In this document: positions 50,560-60,260 of the stretch, one piece after another | Numbering within the stretch: the stretch's first letter is position 1 | Layout of the letters: each line of letters opens with the position of its first letter | NCBI GenBank assembly: GCA_029251005.1 | Contig: JAQXEE010000002.1 | Location: forward strand, 210 to 64,209 | Length of the DNA: 64,000 nucleotides | Origin: Flavobacteriales bacterium | GTDB taxonomy: Bacteria > Bacteroidota > Bacteroidia > Flavobacteriales_C > GCA-002722245 | Direction: 5' to 3' | Position numbers and translations under genes: made by a program | Notes under the pieces: model-generated | Told to the model about the DNA's origin: nothing | The model's database searches: none | What the model saw: the letters and a program-made list of their open reading frames with translations, nothing else

Positions 50560-50967
50560 TTAATTGTGGTAAAGCTTAAAGAATTTTATAACATCTAACG
50601 CAGGAACTCTATTATCAATACTTTCCAACATCGAATCTAAAAGATTACTTACTGCAAATGGATTTAATCCTAATTTAAATCCAATATCCTTACAGAATGT
50701 TAATTCTTCTGGAGCTAAATATCCATCAATTTTAATAACTAATAAAAAAGTATAAAACAACACAATCCTTTGATCCTCTCCTTTAGGAGGATGAAAATCG
50801 ACTTCTTTTCCAAGTAATCCGTCAATATCGATTTTTGTAATATTAAGTTTCTTCCCAATCTTATAAATAAAGTCCATTTCAATTTCGGACTCCACATGGT
50901 CAACTCTTGTTAGGGTTAATAAATTGTGAAGTAAACTCAACTTTTCGTTATAGTTTAAATTATTCAT
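50560..50967 (-). CDS. TerB-like domain protein
   Basis: L..L.RVD....E.E..FI..IGKKL, IKIDG.L..EE..F...IG.KLG; likely start ATG 50967. Confidence 0.7.
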   Translation of the reverse strand: MNNLNYNEKLSLLHNLLTLTRVDHVESEIEMDFIYKIGKKLNITKIDIDGLLGKEVDFHPPKGEDQRIVLFYTFLLVIKIDGYLAPEELTFCKDIGFKLGLNPFAVSNLLDSMLESIDNRVPALDVIKFFKLYHN

Positions 50968-51048
50968 TTTGCGTTGTTTTTGTAAACTACCATTACAGCT
51001 ATTTATATTAACGTAATTATTTGATTTAAGGTTACTTACCAAAAAAAA

Positions 51049-52221
51049 CTAAGGTAGCTTAATGAGTGCATCAGCAAACCATTTAGCCATTGCAACCCTA
51101 TTATCAACAACAGTAAATCTTTTCTGATCTTTGGGGTTCTGAATATTACCCAACTCTATGTAAACCCCGGTTGGCATTGCTTCTCTGAGCATATGAAGGT
51201 TTCTTGGTTTTACAGTTCCCTTATAGCCCCTTCCTTTTTGATATTGGCCATATTTTGATTTCACAGTAGAATACATCGTTTTAGCTAAATTTTTACCACT
51301 TTTACTTTTAGGATAATAGTAAAAAAACATATCCACTCTACTTCCTTCATTTCTAGAATCTACATGAACAACAACCATTCTTTGATAAGTCACACCTTTT
51401 TTTTTGTGTTTTCTATACAATGTATTTATAGAACCAACTCGCTGATTTAAACGTTTAACCTGATTAATGGGCATTTTTTGGTTCGGATACGTTACCTCAT
51501 CCTTATCACATTTCAATAGGGATACATCACGAATCCCATCGTTCTTATCTCTTGTAATAATGTAAACCGTAGCTCCTTTTTCAATCAATCTTCTGCCTAA
51601 TCTTAAAACAACATCATAAGCATATTCATCTTCACAAATAGTTTGCCCCTTACATTTACCAACTGCACCAGGGTCTGGCCCACCATGACCACTAACCAAA
51701 TAGTAAACCCTACCCTTTAATTTTGCAGATTTTATTTTAATGTCTTTATATTTTTTTCCGAAAATATCATAAGAAACCATTTTGTTTTCAACGATTGGGT
51801 GCTTTACCCCTGGCTTGACTTTCTTGTTTTGTTTTTCATAACAAGATTTCAAAAAATAAGGAATCCATAAAGCACCACCCTTTGTGTATCCTTTACTTTT
51901 TAAAGGTGTTTTTATAATTTTCTCATTCCATTTTTGAATGGATTTTGCTTGATCATAATTCGAAATCCCGATTGTTCCACGAATACTTTTCCCGTTATAC
52001 TTATATATCTGAATTGGTAATTTATACGACTTACCCTTTATTAAATACTGCTGCTCAGTCATTGAATTAAGCGCCAAAAACTTGTCTTTACTGCATTGAT
52101 CCGATAGATTGTATTTTTTCAATAATAAAATCCGATTATCGCCGGATTTCGCTAAAACTGTAAGCCATTTCTGCGCAGAGGCAAGCTGGACAGAAAGCAA
52201 TAAAATTAGTATTAAACGCAT
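51049..52221 (-). CDS. N-acetylmuramoyl-L-alanine amidase (Amidase_3) with LysM-like N-terminal region
   Basis: SGHGGPDPGA, EDEYAYD, VVVHVDS, YIELGNI (Zn ligands and catalytic Glu). TAAATTTG at 52226-52233. Confidence 0.9.
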   Translation of the reverse strand: MRLILILLLSVQLASAQKWLTVLAKSGDNRILLLKKYNLSDQCSKDKFLALNSMTEQQYLIKGKSYKLPIQIYKYNGKSIRGTIGISNYDQAKSIQKWNEKIIKTPLKSKGYTKGGALWIPYFLKSCYEKQNKKVKPGVKHPIVENKMVSYDIFGKKYKDIKIKSAKLKGRVYYLVSGHGGPDPGAVGKCKGQTICEDEYAYDVVLRLGRRLIEKGATVYIITRDKNDGIRDVSLLKCDKDEVTYPNQKMPINQVKRLNQRVGSINTLYRKHKKKGVTYQRMVVVHVDSRNEGSRVDMFFYYYPKSKSGKNLAKTMYSTVKSKYGQYQKGRGYKGTVKPRNLHMLREAMPTGVYIELGNIQNPKDQKRFTVVDNRVAMAKWFADALIKLP

Positions 52222-52331
52222 TAACCAAATTTAAAAATTTGTTTAAACCCTCAGATGCCAATAAAATAATTGTATTAAAAAAAAGCTGTTGATTGTCAAA
52301 ACGATTTTATTTAAAGCACATCAAAAAATGT

Positions 52332-52838
52332 TTAATAAATACTTTTCAACTTATTATCTAACGTTTTTAAACCTCTTAAAAACATTGTTTCTAATTGAGA
52401 TTTAGCATCAAAAAGGTACAGCATAAGATTCCCTTCAAAATTCATACTCCATTTTATAACTGTCCCATTTTCACTCGGTGCTATTTCAAATAAATAAGTC
52501 AGAGGTTCAATTTTTTGAATACCCACCTTCATTTCAATTTTATTCTCACCAATGTTTTCGACCGAATAAAATCCAACGATTGATTCAGTTGAATCTGTTA
52601 AATCTAAGGTTTCAATACCGTTTCGCTGCGTCAAATTTAACGTTACTGAAGAATCAATAATCGTTTTAGGATCCCAATTTGGAAAATTTGAAACATCGGA
52701 CACATAATTCATCACCTCTTTTGGAGAAGCGCTTAATTCATAACTAACACTTGGTTGAATATCTACTTTTATAAAAGTTATAATAACAGCAAATAAAACA
52801 AAACCTAATACCGAAAACCCTAAAATCCTTTTAATCAC
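52332..52838 (-). CDS. SRPBCC/START-like protein with an N-terminal membrane anchor
   Basis: ASPKEVMNYVSDVSNFPNWDP, NGTVIKWSM, GLKTL; GTG start. Confidence 0.7.
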   Translation of the reverse strand: MIKRILGFSVLGFVLFAVIITFIKVDIQPSVSYELSASPKEVMNYVSDVSNFPNWDPKTIIDSSVTLNLTQRNGIETLDLTDSTESIVGFYSVENIGENKIEMKVGIQKIEPLTYLFEIAPSENGTVIKWSMNFEGNLMLYLFDAKSQLETMFLRGLKTLDNKLKSIY

Positions 52839-52901
52839 AATTATAAATTTTCAACAAAGATAAGTATAGTTAATAGTTATAAGAATGATTAACTTTACAC
52901 C

Positions 52902-54101
52902 ATGTTCAATGTAATTCTTAAGTCGGGGAAAGATGCATCTCCTAGAAGGTTTCACCCATGGATTTTTTCAGGTGCTATTAAAAAAATAAAAACCGCTGCT
53001 GGGCAAGATGCTGAGCCTCAAGAAGGAGATTTAGTTAGAGTAACCAGTAACAAAGGTGACTTTTTAGGTACTGGTCATTATCAAAATGGCTCAATCGCGG
53101 TTCGAATTTTATCATTTCAAGATGTTGGAATTGATGAAGATTTTTGGACAAAAAGAATTAAGGAAGCTTACGAATTAAGACAACAAATTCACCTTACCGA
53201 CAACAAGTCCACAAACATTTATCGTTTGATTCATGCTGAAGGTGATGGATTACCGGGATTAATTTTAGATTACTACGCAGGAACAGTTGTTGTCCAATCA
53301 CATTCAATTGGAATGCATTACGCTAAAGACATTATAGTTAAAGCTATTAAGAATGTTTATGGTGATAAATTAAAGGCCATTTTTGATAAATCAGAAGGAA
53401 CACTTCCTAAAACGGGACCTGTTCAAGTTGAAGATCATTACATCTACCAATCAGAGGACTTTACTTCAGTTGGTTTAGAGCATGGTTGTAAATTCAAAAT
53501 TGATTGGGAAAAAGGACAAAAAACTGGATTCTTCATTGATCAAAGAGATAACCGTGCATTACTTGCTTCCTATTCGAAAGGAAAAAAAGTGTTAAATACA
53601 TTTTGTTACACTGGAGGTTTCTCAATCGCAGCGTTAAATAATGGAGCCGAACATGTAGATTCTGTTGATGCTTCCGCAAGAGCTATTGATTTAACCAATG
53701 AAAATGTTGAGTTAAATGGATTTGTAAATAAGCATGGATCTCACGCTATTGACACCTTTAAGTTCTTTGAACAAAATGATTGTTCTCAATATGACGTAAT
53801 CGTTCTCGACCCTCCTGCTTTTGCTAAACATCAAAATGTCAAACACAATGCAGTTAAAGGATATAAACGATTAAACGCGATGGCGTTAACAGCTATGAAA
53901 CCGGGATCTTTATTGTTTACATTTTCCTGTTCTCAAGTAGTTGATTCTAAATTGTTTTACAATACAATAATGGCAGCAGCTATTCAGACAGGAAGAAAAG
54001 TTAGAGTATTACACCAGGTAACTCAACCAGCCGATCATCCAATTAATATTTATCATGCTGAAAGTCATTATTTAAAAGGACTTGTTTTACAAATTATCTA
54101 G
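52902..54101 (+). CDS. rlmI: 23S rRNA m5C1962 methyltransferase (RlmI family)
   Basis: HPWIFSGAI (PUA), AEGDGLPGL, GQKTGFFIDQRDNR, LNTFCYTGGFS, LDPPAF, TFSCS. Confidence 0.9.
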   Translation: MFNVILKSGKDASPRRFHPWIFSGAIKKIKTAAGQDAEPQEGDLVRVTSNKGDFLGTGHYQNGSIAVRILSFQDVGIDEDFWTKRIKEAYELRQQIHLTDNKSTNIYRLIHAEGDGLPGLILDYYAGTVVVQSHSIGMHYAKDIIVKAIKNVYGDKLKAIFDKSEGTLPKTGPVQVEDHYIYQSEDFTSVGLEHGCKFKIDWEKGQKTGFFIDQRDNRALLASYSKGKKVLNTFCYTGGFSIAALNNGAEHVDSVDASARAIDLTNENVELNGFVNKHGSHAIDTFKFFEQNDCSQYDVIVLDPPAFAKHQNVKHNAVKGYKRLNAMALTAMKPGSLLFTFSCSQVVDSKLFYNTIMAAAIQTGRKVRVLHQVTQPADHPINIYHAESHYLKGLVLQII

Positions 54102-54182
54102 TAGGAAAGCTGCTTTTTAAAAAAAATAAAATTTGAGTTTAAATCTTGAACGATTTAAACTTCACCCCACAAAAACAAAAAA

Positions 54183-54992
54183 ATGTTCAACGCTTTACCA
54201 AACATCAACTTTAAAGATTCAAAAAACTTTTTCTTAATCGCAGGACCATGTGCTATCGAGGGAGAACAAATGGCAATGGATATTGCGGGTGAAATCGTTG
54301 AAATCACGAACGAATTAGAAATCCCATATATATTTAAAGGATCCTTCAAAAAAGCCAATCGTTCAAGATTGGATTCTTTCACAGGAATAGGCAATGAAAA
54401 AGCTTTGGAAATTTTAAAGAAAGTTGGTGAAACGTATAACATTCCAACAATAACCGATATCCATGTTCCTGAAGATGCAGCTTTAGCAGCTAAATATGTG
54501 GATGTGCTTCAAATTCCAGCTTTTTTGTTCCGACAAACAGATTTATTAGTTGCGGCAGCGAATACAGGAAAAGTAGTAAGTATAAAAAAAGGACAATTTG
54601 CCGGACCAGAAGCAATGAGTTTCGCTGTGGATAAAGTAAAAGACTCTGGAAATAACAATGTTTGGATTACAGAGCGAGGAACCACATTTGGATATCAGGA
54701 CTTAGTAGTCGATTTCAGAAGCATTCCTGTAATGAAAAACTATGCGCCTGTTGTTATGGATATTACCCATTCACTCCAACAGCCAAACCAAACCAGCGGA
54801 GTAACTGGAGGAAAACCTGAGTTAATTTCAACCATTGCAAAAGCAGCTGTTGCAACTGGTGCTGATGGACTTTTCATCGAAACACACCCTGATCCTTCAA
54901 TTGCAAAATCTGATGGCGCTAATATGTTGCAATTAGAAGGTTTAAAACCTCTTTTGGAGCAATTATTAAGAGTTCGACAGGCTGTTATTTAA
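54183..54992 (+). CDS. kdsA: KDO8P synthase
   Basis: IAGPCAIE, FKKANRS, QIPAFLFRQTDL, KKGQF, TERGTTFGYQDLVVD, DITHSLQQP, FIETHPDP. Confidence 0.98.
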   Translation: MFNALPNINFKDSKNFFLIAGPCAIEGEQMAMDIAGEIVEITNELEIPYIFKGSFKKANRSRLDSFTGIGNEKALEILKKVGETYNIPTITDIHVPEDAALAAKYVDVLQIPAFLFRQTDLLVAAANTGKVVSIKKGQFAGPEAMSFAVDKVKDSGNNNVWITERGTTFGYQDLVVDFRSIPVMKNYAPVVMDITHSLQQPNQTSGVTGGKPELISTIAKAAVATGADGLFIETHPDPSIAKSDGANMLQLEGLKPLLEQLLRVRQAVI

Positions 54993-55102
54993 ATCAGAGA
55001 AAACCATTTTTATTTAACCTAAACCTTTTGCAATAGAGATTTAAATTAATTATTGTTTTATGAATTGCTTGTTTTAAGTAGATAAATAAAACATATAATT
55101 AC

Positions 55103-56617
55103 TTAGTTCGTTGGTTTCTTCAACAAATCAATCTTTTTACGCTTCTTAAACGCAAATAAACCTATGGCTGTTATTGCCCCATTAATGGCTAAAATTTCAA
55201 ATCCAAGTCCCAAATAAGTAGCTAATAAATAACTTGAAACAGCACTAAAAACGGCTATAAAAGGAACTGCTTTATCACGAACTTGAATTTTGGTTAATAT
55301 TCCAATTCCGTACAATCCCAATAAGGGACCATACGTAAAACCTGTCCACTTAAAAAGGGCCCAAACAATACTGTCTTCATTAATTGCTTTGAAAATCATA
55401 ATTACACCAAATAAAACAAAGCTCATTAAAATATGAACCCATGTTCTTGTCTTTTTATCTTCTTTCTCTACAATATCCAAACACACACTCGTTGTTAAAG
55501 ATGTTAAAGCCGAGTCAGCACTTGAATAGGCTGCCGCAATTAAGCCAATTAAAAATGTTCCACTCAACCATAAAGGAAAGTAACCATACTTCGCGAGAGA
55601 TGGATATATTTGATCGGTAGTCACATCAACCATTTCAGCCCCTTGCCGCATTTGATACAATGGTTTTTGACCCGCCAATCCTGAATCATTCACAAAATCA
55701 ACCATTTGAAAAGTTAAATCTCCACTTTCCATAAACGTCTCAAATAGCAAAACACCTAATGCAAGAAAAGCAAAGTTGATTGGAATCAAAACCAAACTAA
55801 ACCAAAAGATATTTTTTGACGCCTCCTTAGCGTTTTTACAGGTTAAGCTTTTCTGCATGATGTCTTGATCCAACCCAGACATAACGATAGCGAAAACGAC
55901 TCCATTAAACAATCCTAGCCAAGGGTTTTCTTGTTTCAAATTACCCCCTTCAAACGAAAACATTTCACTTGATTCAAGCATATTCCAAAGACCTGAAAAC
56001 CCATTCGTATTCAAGTCTGCCAAAAAGTAAATAGTAGACCCCGCAGCTATTAAAATTGCAGCAGTCTGTAAAGTATCCGTCCAAACAATTGTTTTAATTC
56101 CACTTTTAAAAGTATATACCCAAATTAATGCGATTGTCGTTAAAACACCTAACCAATAAGGGATTCCAGTTGGCGTAAATAAGAAAATATCTAAAACTTC
56201 AGCCACCAAATACAAACGCAATGAGGCTCCAATAATTCTGGATACTAAAAAAGAAATTGCGCCCGTTTTAAATGAACGAACACCAAATCGATCCCTTAAA
56301 TAAGTATAAATTGAAGTTAAATTTAAGCGGTAATAAAGTGGTAATAAAATAAATGCAACAGCCAAATAACCAAAGAAAAAACCAAAAGTCATTGGCATAT
56401 ATAACATCCCTTTGGCATAAACCGATCCTGGGATGGAAATAAAAGTGATACCGGATAAGGTTGCCCCAATCATACCAAAAGCAACTAAAAACCAAGGGGA
56501 CTTACGATCTCCGGTAAAAAAAGATTTCTCAGAACTATTTCTAGAAGTTAGATAAGAGATCCCAATTAGTACTAAAAAGTAAATCAAGATTATGATTAAA
56601 GCGATACCCCCAGTCAT
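55103..56617 (-). CDS. Sodium:solute symporter (SSS family)
   Basis: FFTGDRKSPW, LSGITFISIPG, GIKTIVWTDTLQ, GLDQDIMQK, AAYSSADSAL. Confidence 0.93.
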   Translation of the reverse strand: MTGGIALIIILIYFLVLIGISYLTSRNSSEKSFFTGDRKSPWFLVAFGMIGATLSGITFISIPGSVYAKGMLYMPMTFGFFFGYLAVAFILLPLYYRLNLTSIYTYLRDRFGVRSFKTGAISFLVSRIIGASLRLYLVAEVLDIFLFTPTGIPYWLGVLTTIALIWVYTFKSGIKTIVWTDTLQTAAILIAAGSTIYFLADLNTNGFSGLWNMLESSEMFSFEGGNLKQENPWLGLFNGVVFAIVMSGLDQDIMQKSLTCKNAKEASKNIFWFSLVLIPINFAFLALGVLLFETFMESGDLTFQMVDFVNDSGLAGQKPLYQMRQGAEMVDVTTDQIYPSLAKYGYFPLWLSGTFLIGLIAAAYSSADSALTSLTTSVCLDIVEKEDKKTRTWVHILMSFVLFGVIMIFKAINEDSIVWALFKWTGFTYGPLLGLYGIGILTKIQVRDKAVPFIAVFSAVSSYLLATYLGLGFEILAINGAITAIGLFAFKKRKKIDLLKKPTN

Positions 56618-56721
56618 GCTAATTAATTTTAAACCAATTTAAATTAATACTGGGTTGATATTTAAGAAAAATAAAATAGTTGTTATGAAACTTATGTTAA
56701 ATTCAATTAATGTGTACAAAA

Positions 56722-56747
56722 TAAAAAATGGGCCACAAGCCCATTTT
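56722..56747 (-). terminator. Intrinsic terminator after the 69-aa ORF
   Basis: aaaatgggc-cacaa-gcccatttt 9-bp stem with a U tract on the minus strand. Confidence 0.7.
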
Positions 56748-56766
56748 AATAAATATGTCTATGTTT

Positions 56767-56976
56767 TTAATTTAATAAAAACTTGTTCCTTTTAAATGTT
56801 TCCATCAATGCTAAGGTTACAGGGTATTTTCGAACCTCTTTCATCTCATACCTTTTAACTGCCAATTTCTTTAGATTTAAAATTTTAACCTCTTCATTTG
56901 TTAAATTCTCTTTTTCAAAAATATCTGCAATATCGTCTAAGGTTTTTAAGTATTCAGAAGTAGAGTTAATATCCAT
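56767..56976 (-). CDS. Small protein resembling the N-terminal (non-HTH) part of HigA-type antitoxins
   Basis: I.S..EY...L..I..IF.K..LT.EE...L......V..YE...YP pattern; followed by a terminator. Confidence 0.5.
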   Translation of the reverse strand: MDINSTSEYLKTLDDIADIFEKENLTNEEVKILNLKKLAVKRYEMKEVRKYPVTLALMETFKRNKFLLN

Positions 56977-57030
56977 TGTCTATATTTTCCCTAAAATTAG
57001 GGTCAAAAAACCAACTTGTCAACCTTAAAA

Positions 57031-59040
57031 TTATCGCGTCCTTGTAACTGTCGCAATATCAACGAATAAAAAGTCTCTTTTTCTTTTTCTCTCCTTAACT
57101 AAGTCATCAATCTTAACCACTAATCTTACCTGAACAGGTTGTTTTGCTCTTTGTAAAAATATATCATTTTCATCTTTTGCCTTGAGCAAAATAAAATAAT
57201 GCTCCTTCCAACTAACTTTTATCGGAGAATCCAACTTTACTAAATACCAATCTTTTTCCCAGGATAAAAGCTCTCTCTTAACGACCTCTCCCTTAATTGG
57301 AAAATGGTTAGACAATACTCCATAATCACCGTAGCTATCAATTGTCACTTTTGCACCAATTATTTCCTTTAAGTTAAAGTGTTTTACATCTAACCTAGGA
57401 ATACTAAAAAGCAAGTTCCAATCCCAAAATTTGAGTGGCGCCCAATAGTTTGGGATATAATCAAACCTACTTAATTTAGATGTTAAAAAAATTAACAAAA
57501 ACAGTCCTGAGTACAAATCTTTTTGCAACTCATTGTTCGCAACTTCAGCATTAAAACGCCAAGCCATCATGAGATATTCGAACAAGAAAATAGCAGACAA
57601 CCCAAACAATAGATAACTATTTAATCTATCGGGATTGTATGTCCAAATCACCTTTCGATTATAACTATTATTTAAACAATTATTAATCATCGAAACCCAA
57701 AGCACCATGCTAATCAATAACCAAATAAATGTAATAAAACTAAAACTTCGAGCAATTCTGTTGATCAACCAAAAATCATAAAACCCGTGAAAAATGGCAG
57801 CCAACATGTAGAAAAATCCAAAATAAAACAACCAGTTTCTTTTCTTAGCAAATTTACCTATTACAACTCCATAGGCTACAAGTGAAGTATTAAACATATG
57901 AGTTACTGTTGATGAAAGAGAACGCCCTTGAATAGTACTTAAACCTCCTTCGTCAAAGTAAATAAGGTTCTCTACAAAAGCGAAACCCAAAGCAGATATT
58001 GAAGCAAAAACAATATAATCTATAGGCTCTTTTAACTTCTTAGAGAAAATCATAACCAAAACAAGGGGAATAATTTTCACGAACTCTTCAATCATTCCTA
58101 TCCCGATTACAGAATATAAAAAATCATGGAAAAATGAATCTTCAAATTTAAATCCTAAAACATTAGTGTTGAAATCAGTTAAAATGGAAGTCCCAAAAGC
58201 GAAAAACATACCTAAAAAAAGAACTTCAATAGCTAACAACCACCTCTTTTTAAGATACTTATGAATAAAAATCAAATAAACAAACCAAACAATTAGAATC
58301 AATAAAGCCCCCATAAATCCAATAGCATTAACACCGCTAAAAAATCGACTAAAAATAGCTTTCGAATACCCTTCTACGTCTCTTAAATAAAAATAGGTGT
58401 ACCGCTTTACTTTGTTAGGAGTATTGGCAAAAGCTGTAGAATCTTGAAAAAAACTTAACAGTTCGTATGGTTTTTCGTATCGCTTATAAGTATTAGCCAA
58501 TTCCCTGTAGGCTAACTTATTAGTAGGGTTTGAAATAATTTCGATTCTTAAGTATTCAACAGCCTTATCATAATTTGCAAACCCAAAGTAACTACCATAT
58601 ACAAAGTTTAGGTAATCCATCTTTTGATTGTGAATCCCTACAAAACTAGAAAGCGATTCTTCAGCTAAACCCAAATGAAAGAAACAGACTCCCCTTCCAA
58701 ATTTACCGATATCTGAAATTTCATCAAACGGATGACAAGACATTCTTGTATAATATTCAACCAATTTGTTGTTGCTTGATTTTAATTCGAGAGAGGAGGG
58801 GTCATATTCTGAAGCAATCTTAAAATGTGTTGCAATAAAATTAAAGTGATGAGCTACATTTGAGCTATCCTCTTTAATTAATTCAGCATAAATTTTATTT
58901 TGATTGTGAACATCGCCTAAAATAATATACTCCTGAAGTTGTTCTAACTTATTGGAGTAATTTGAATCCGAAAAAAAATAATTCACCACCCCCACCATGA
59001 GTAGTGTAATTGGAAGAATATATAGTAGAATTTTTTTCAA
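57031..59040 (-). CDS. PrsW-family intramembrane glutamic protease with N-terminal TPR-like and C-terminal soluble domains
   Basis: GMIEEFVK, LGFAFVENLIY, THMF, FHGFYD; TPR-like helices in aa ~30-230; TTG start 9 nt after the previous gene. Confidence 0.88.
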   Translation of the reverse strand: MKKILLYILPITLLMVGVVNYFFSDSNYSNKLEQLQEYIILGDVHNQNKIYAELIKEDSSNVAHHFNFIATHFKIASEYDPSSLELKSSNNKLVEYYTRMSCHPFDEISDIGKFGRGVCFFHLGLAEESLSSFVGIHNQKMDYLNFVYGSYFGFANYDKAVEYLRIEIISNPTNKLAYRELANTYKRYEKPYELLSFFQDSTAFANTPNKVKRYTYFYLRDVEGYSKAIFSRFFSGVNAIGFMGALLILIVWFVYLIFIHKYLKKRWLLAIEVLFLGMFFAFGTSILTDFNTNVLGFKFEDSFFHDFLYSVIGIGMIEEFVKIIPLVLVMIFSKKLKEPIDYIVFASISALGFAFVENLIYFDEGGLSTIQGRSLSSTVTHMFNTSLVAYGVVIGKFAKKRNWLFYFGFFYMLAAIFHGFYDFWLINRIARSFSFITFIWLLISMVLWVSMINNCLNNSYNRKVIWTYNPDRLNSYLLFGLSAIFLFEYLMMAWRFNAEVANNELQKDLYSGLFLLIFLTSKLSRFDYIPNYWAPLKFWDWNLLFSIPRLDVKHFNLKEIIGAKVTIDSYGDYGVLSNHFPIKGEVVKRELLSWEKDWYLVKLDSPIKVSWKEHYFILLKAKDENDIFLQRAKQPVQVRLVVKIDDLVKERKRKRDFLFVDIATVTRTR

Positions 59041-59049
59041 ATTATTGGA

Positions 59050-60033
59050 TTATCCGATCATAAGTGGAAGTTTTACAAAGTATTCATCAGCAGTGGATAA
59101 TTCGGAAACACCCGATGCTCTATTATATAACTGATATCTTTGCTTAAGGTTATTTATAAATCGATCATTTTTGACATTATTTTTCAAAGACGGAGGATTG
59201 GATGTTTTAACAACAACAAACTTTCCATTTTCGATGTAAACTTCGATCTTCAATCCAATCTCTGATGCGCAATTATAATTCTTAAACTGATTATCTAAAA
59301 CCATTTGAAAAACTAAAGGAGGAATATGAGTTTTATAAAAATCTTCGGATAAGTTTAACAATAATTCTATTTTCTGATTTAGGTGTATTTCTGCCAATTC
59401 ACAATATTCCTTAACGTTTTTCAACTCAGCACCTAATCTTACAAACTTTTCATCCCTGCTTTGCAATAAATATCTTAAAATAGAAGTTAATTTTTCAACT
59501 TGAACCATAGCAATAGTTTGATCCTTCTTTATTAAATCAATAGTATTGATTAATGATTCTTGTAAAAACTCAATTACATTTTGAGATTTTAAAGCGTTAA
59601 AATTTTGTTGTAAATAATTTTGCTTCTCTTGGGTTAAAATTTGTTGAATGTTGGCGTTTTGTCGTAAACAAAAACAAACGCTTTGAAAAACTCCTGTAAT
59701 GAAAATTACACCTCCTAAAACAAGCTGAATTTCAACAAGAGTAGTTTCCGAAAAATTGAGACTAAACTCTAAAAAACGATAAACTATAAATCCAAAAACA
59801 AACCCAGCAACAGTGTAAGAAATACAGAAATTGAAAAACGTCCAATATTTACTCTTAACAAACTGTTTCACAAGTATCCGCCCTATTCTCATAGTGCTTA
59901 AGCAAAACAAAAATGCAAATAACCATATGTAAAAAACAGCTATTCTAACACTAATTATAATAGCGCCTGACGTTAAGAGCACACTTAAAATCAAAACCAC
60001 CAAAAACCTTACCGATGTTAAACTTTTAAGCAT
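59050..60033 (-). CDS. LytS/YehU-type sensor histidine kinase homolog, predicted catalytically inactive
   Basis: About 4 TM helices, then ALKSQ..., KLTSILRYLL, VRLGAEL..V..Y, IPPLVFQMVLDN, N.KQRYQL, FVKLPL. H-box reads VIEFLQES instead of NPHFLFNS; the GxG box is missing. Confidence 0.85.
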   Translation of the reverse strand: MLKSLTSVRFLVVLILSVLLTSGAIIISVRIAVFYIWLFAFLFCLSTMRIGRILVKQFVKSKYWTFFNFCISYTVAGFVFGFIVYRFLEFSLNFSETTLVEIQLVLGGVIFITGVFQSVCFCLRQNANIQQILTQEKQNYLQQNFNALKSQNVIEFLQESLINTIDLIKKDQTIAMVQVEKLTSILRYLLQSRDEKFVRLGAELKNVKEYCELAEIHLNQKIELLLNLSEDFYKTHIPPLVFQMVLDNQFKNYNCASEIGLKIEVYIENGKFVVVKTSNPPSLKNNVKNDRFINNLKQRYQLYNRASGVSELSTADEYFVKLPLMIG

Positions 60034-60260
60034 ATAATTAAGTTAACACTTTTTCGACAAACAAATTTATATATCAAGTTTACACGTTAAATTTCACTGA
60101 GCGCTGACACCTCATCAGTACAAAAACTAAAATAATTATTATTTTTTTTTAAGATTTCTATTTAACTTTCTCCTTTTGAAGAGAAGAAGATCTAATTGGT
60201 GCGAATTACCTCATATCTTTACGACTTATTTTAAAACTAAAATATAACAAAAGATATATT

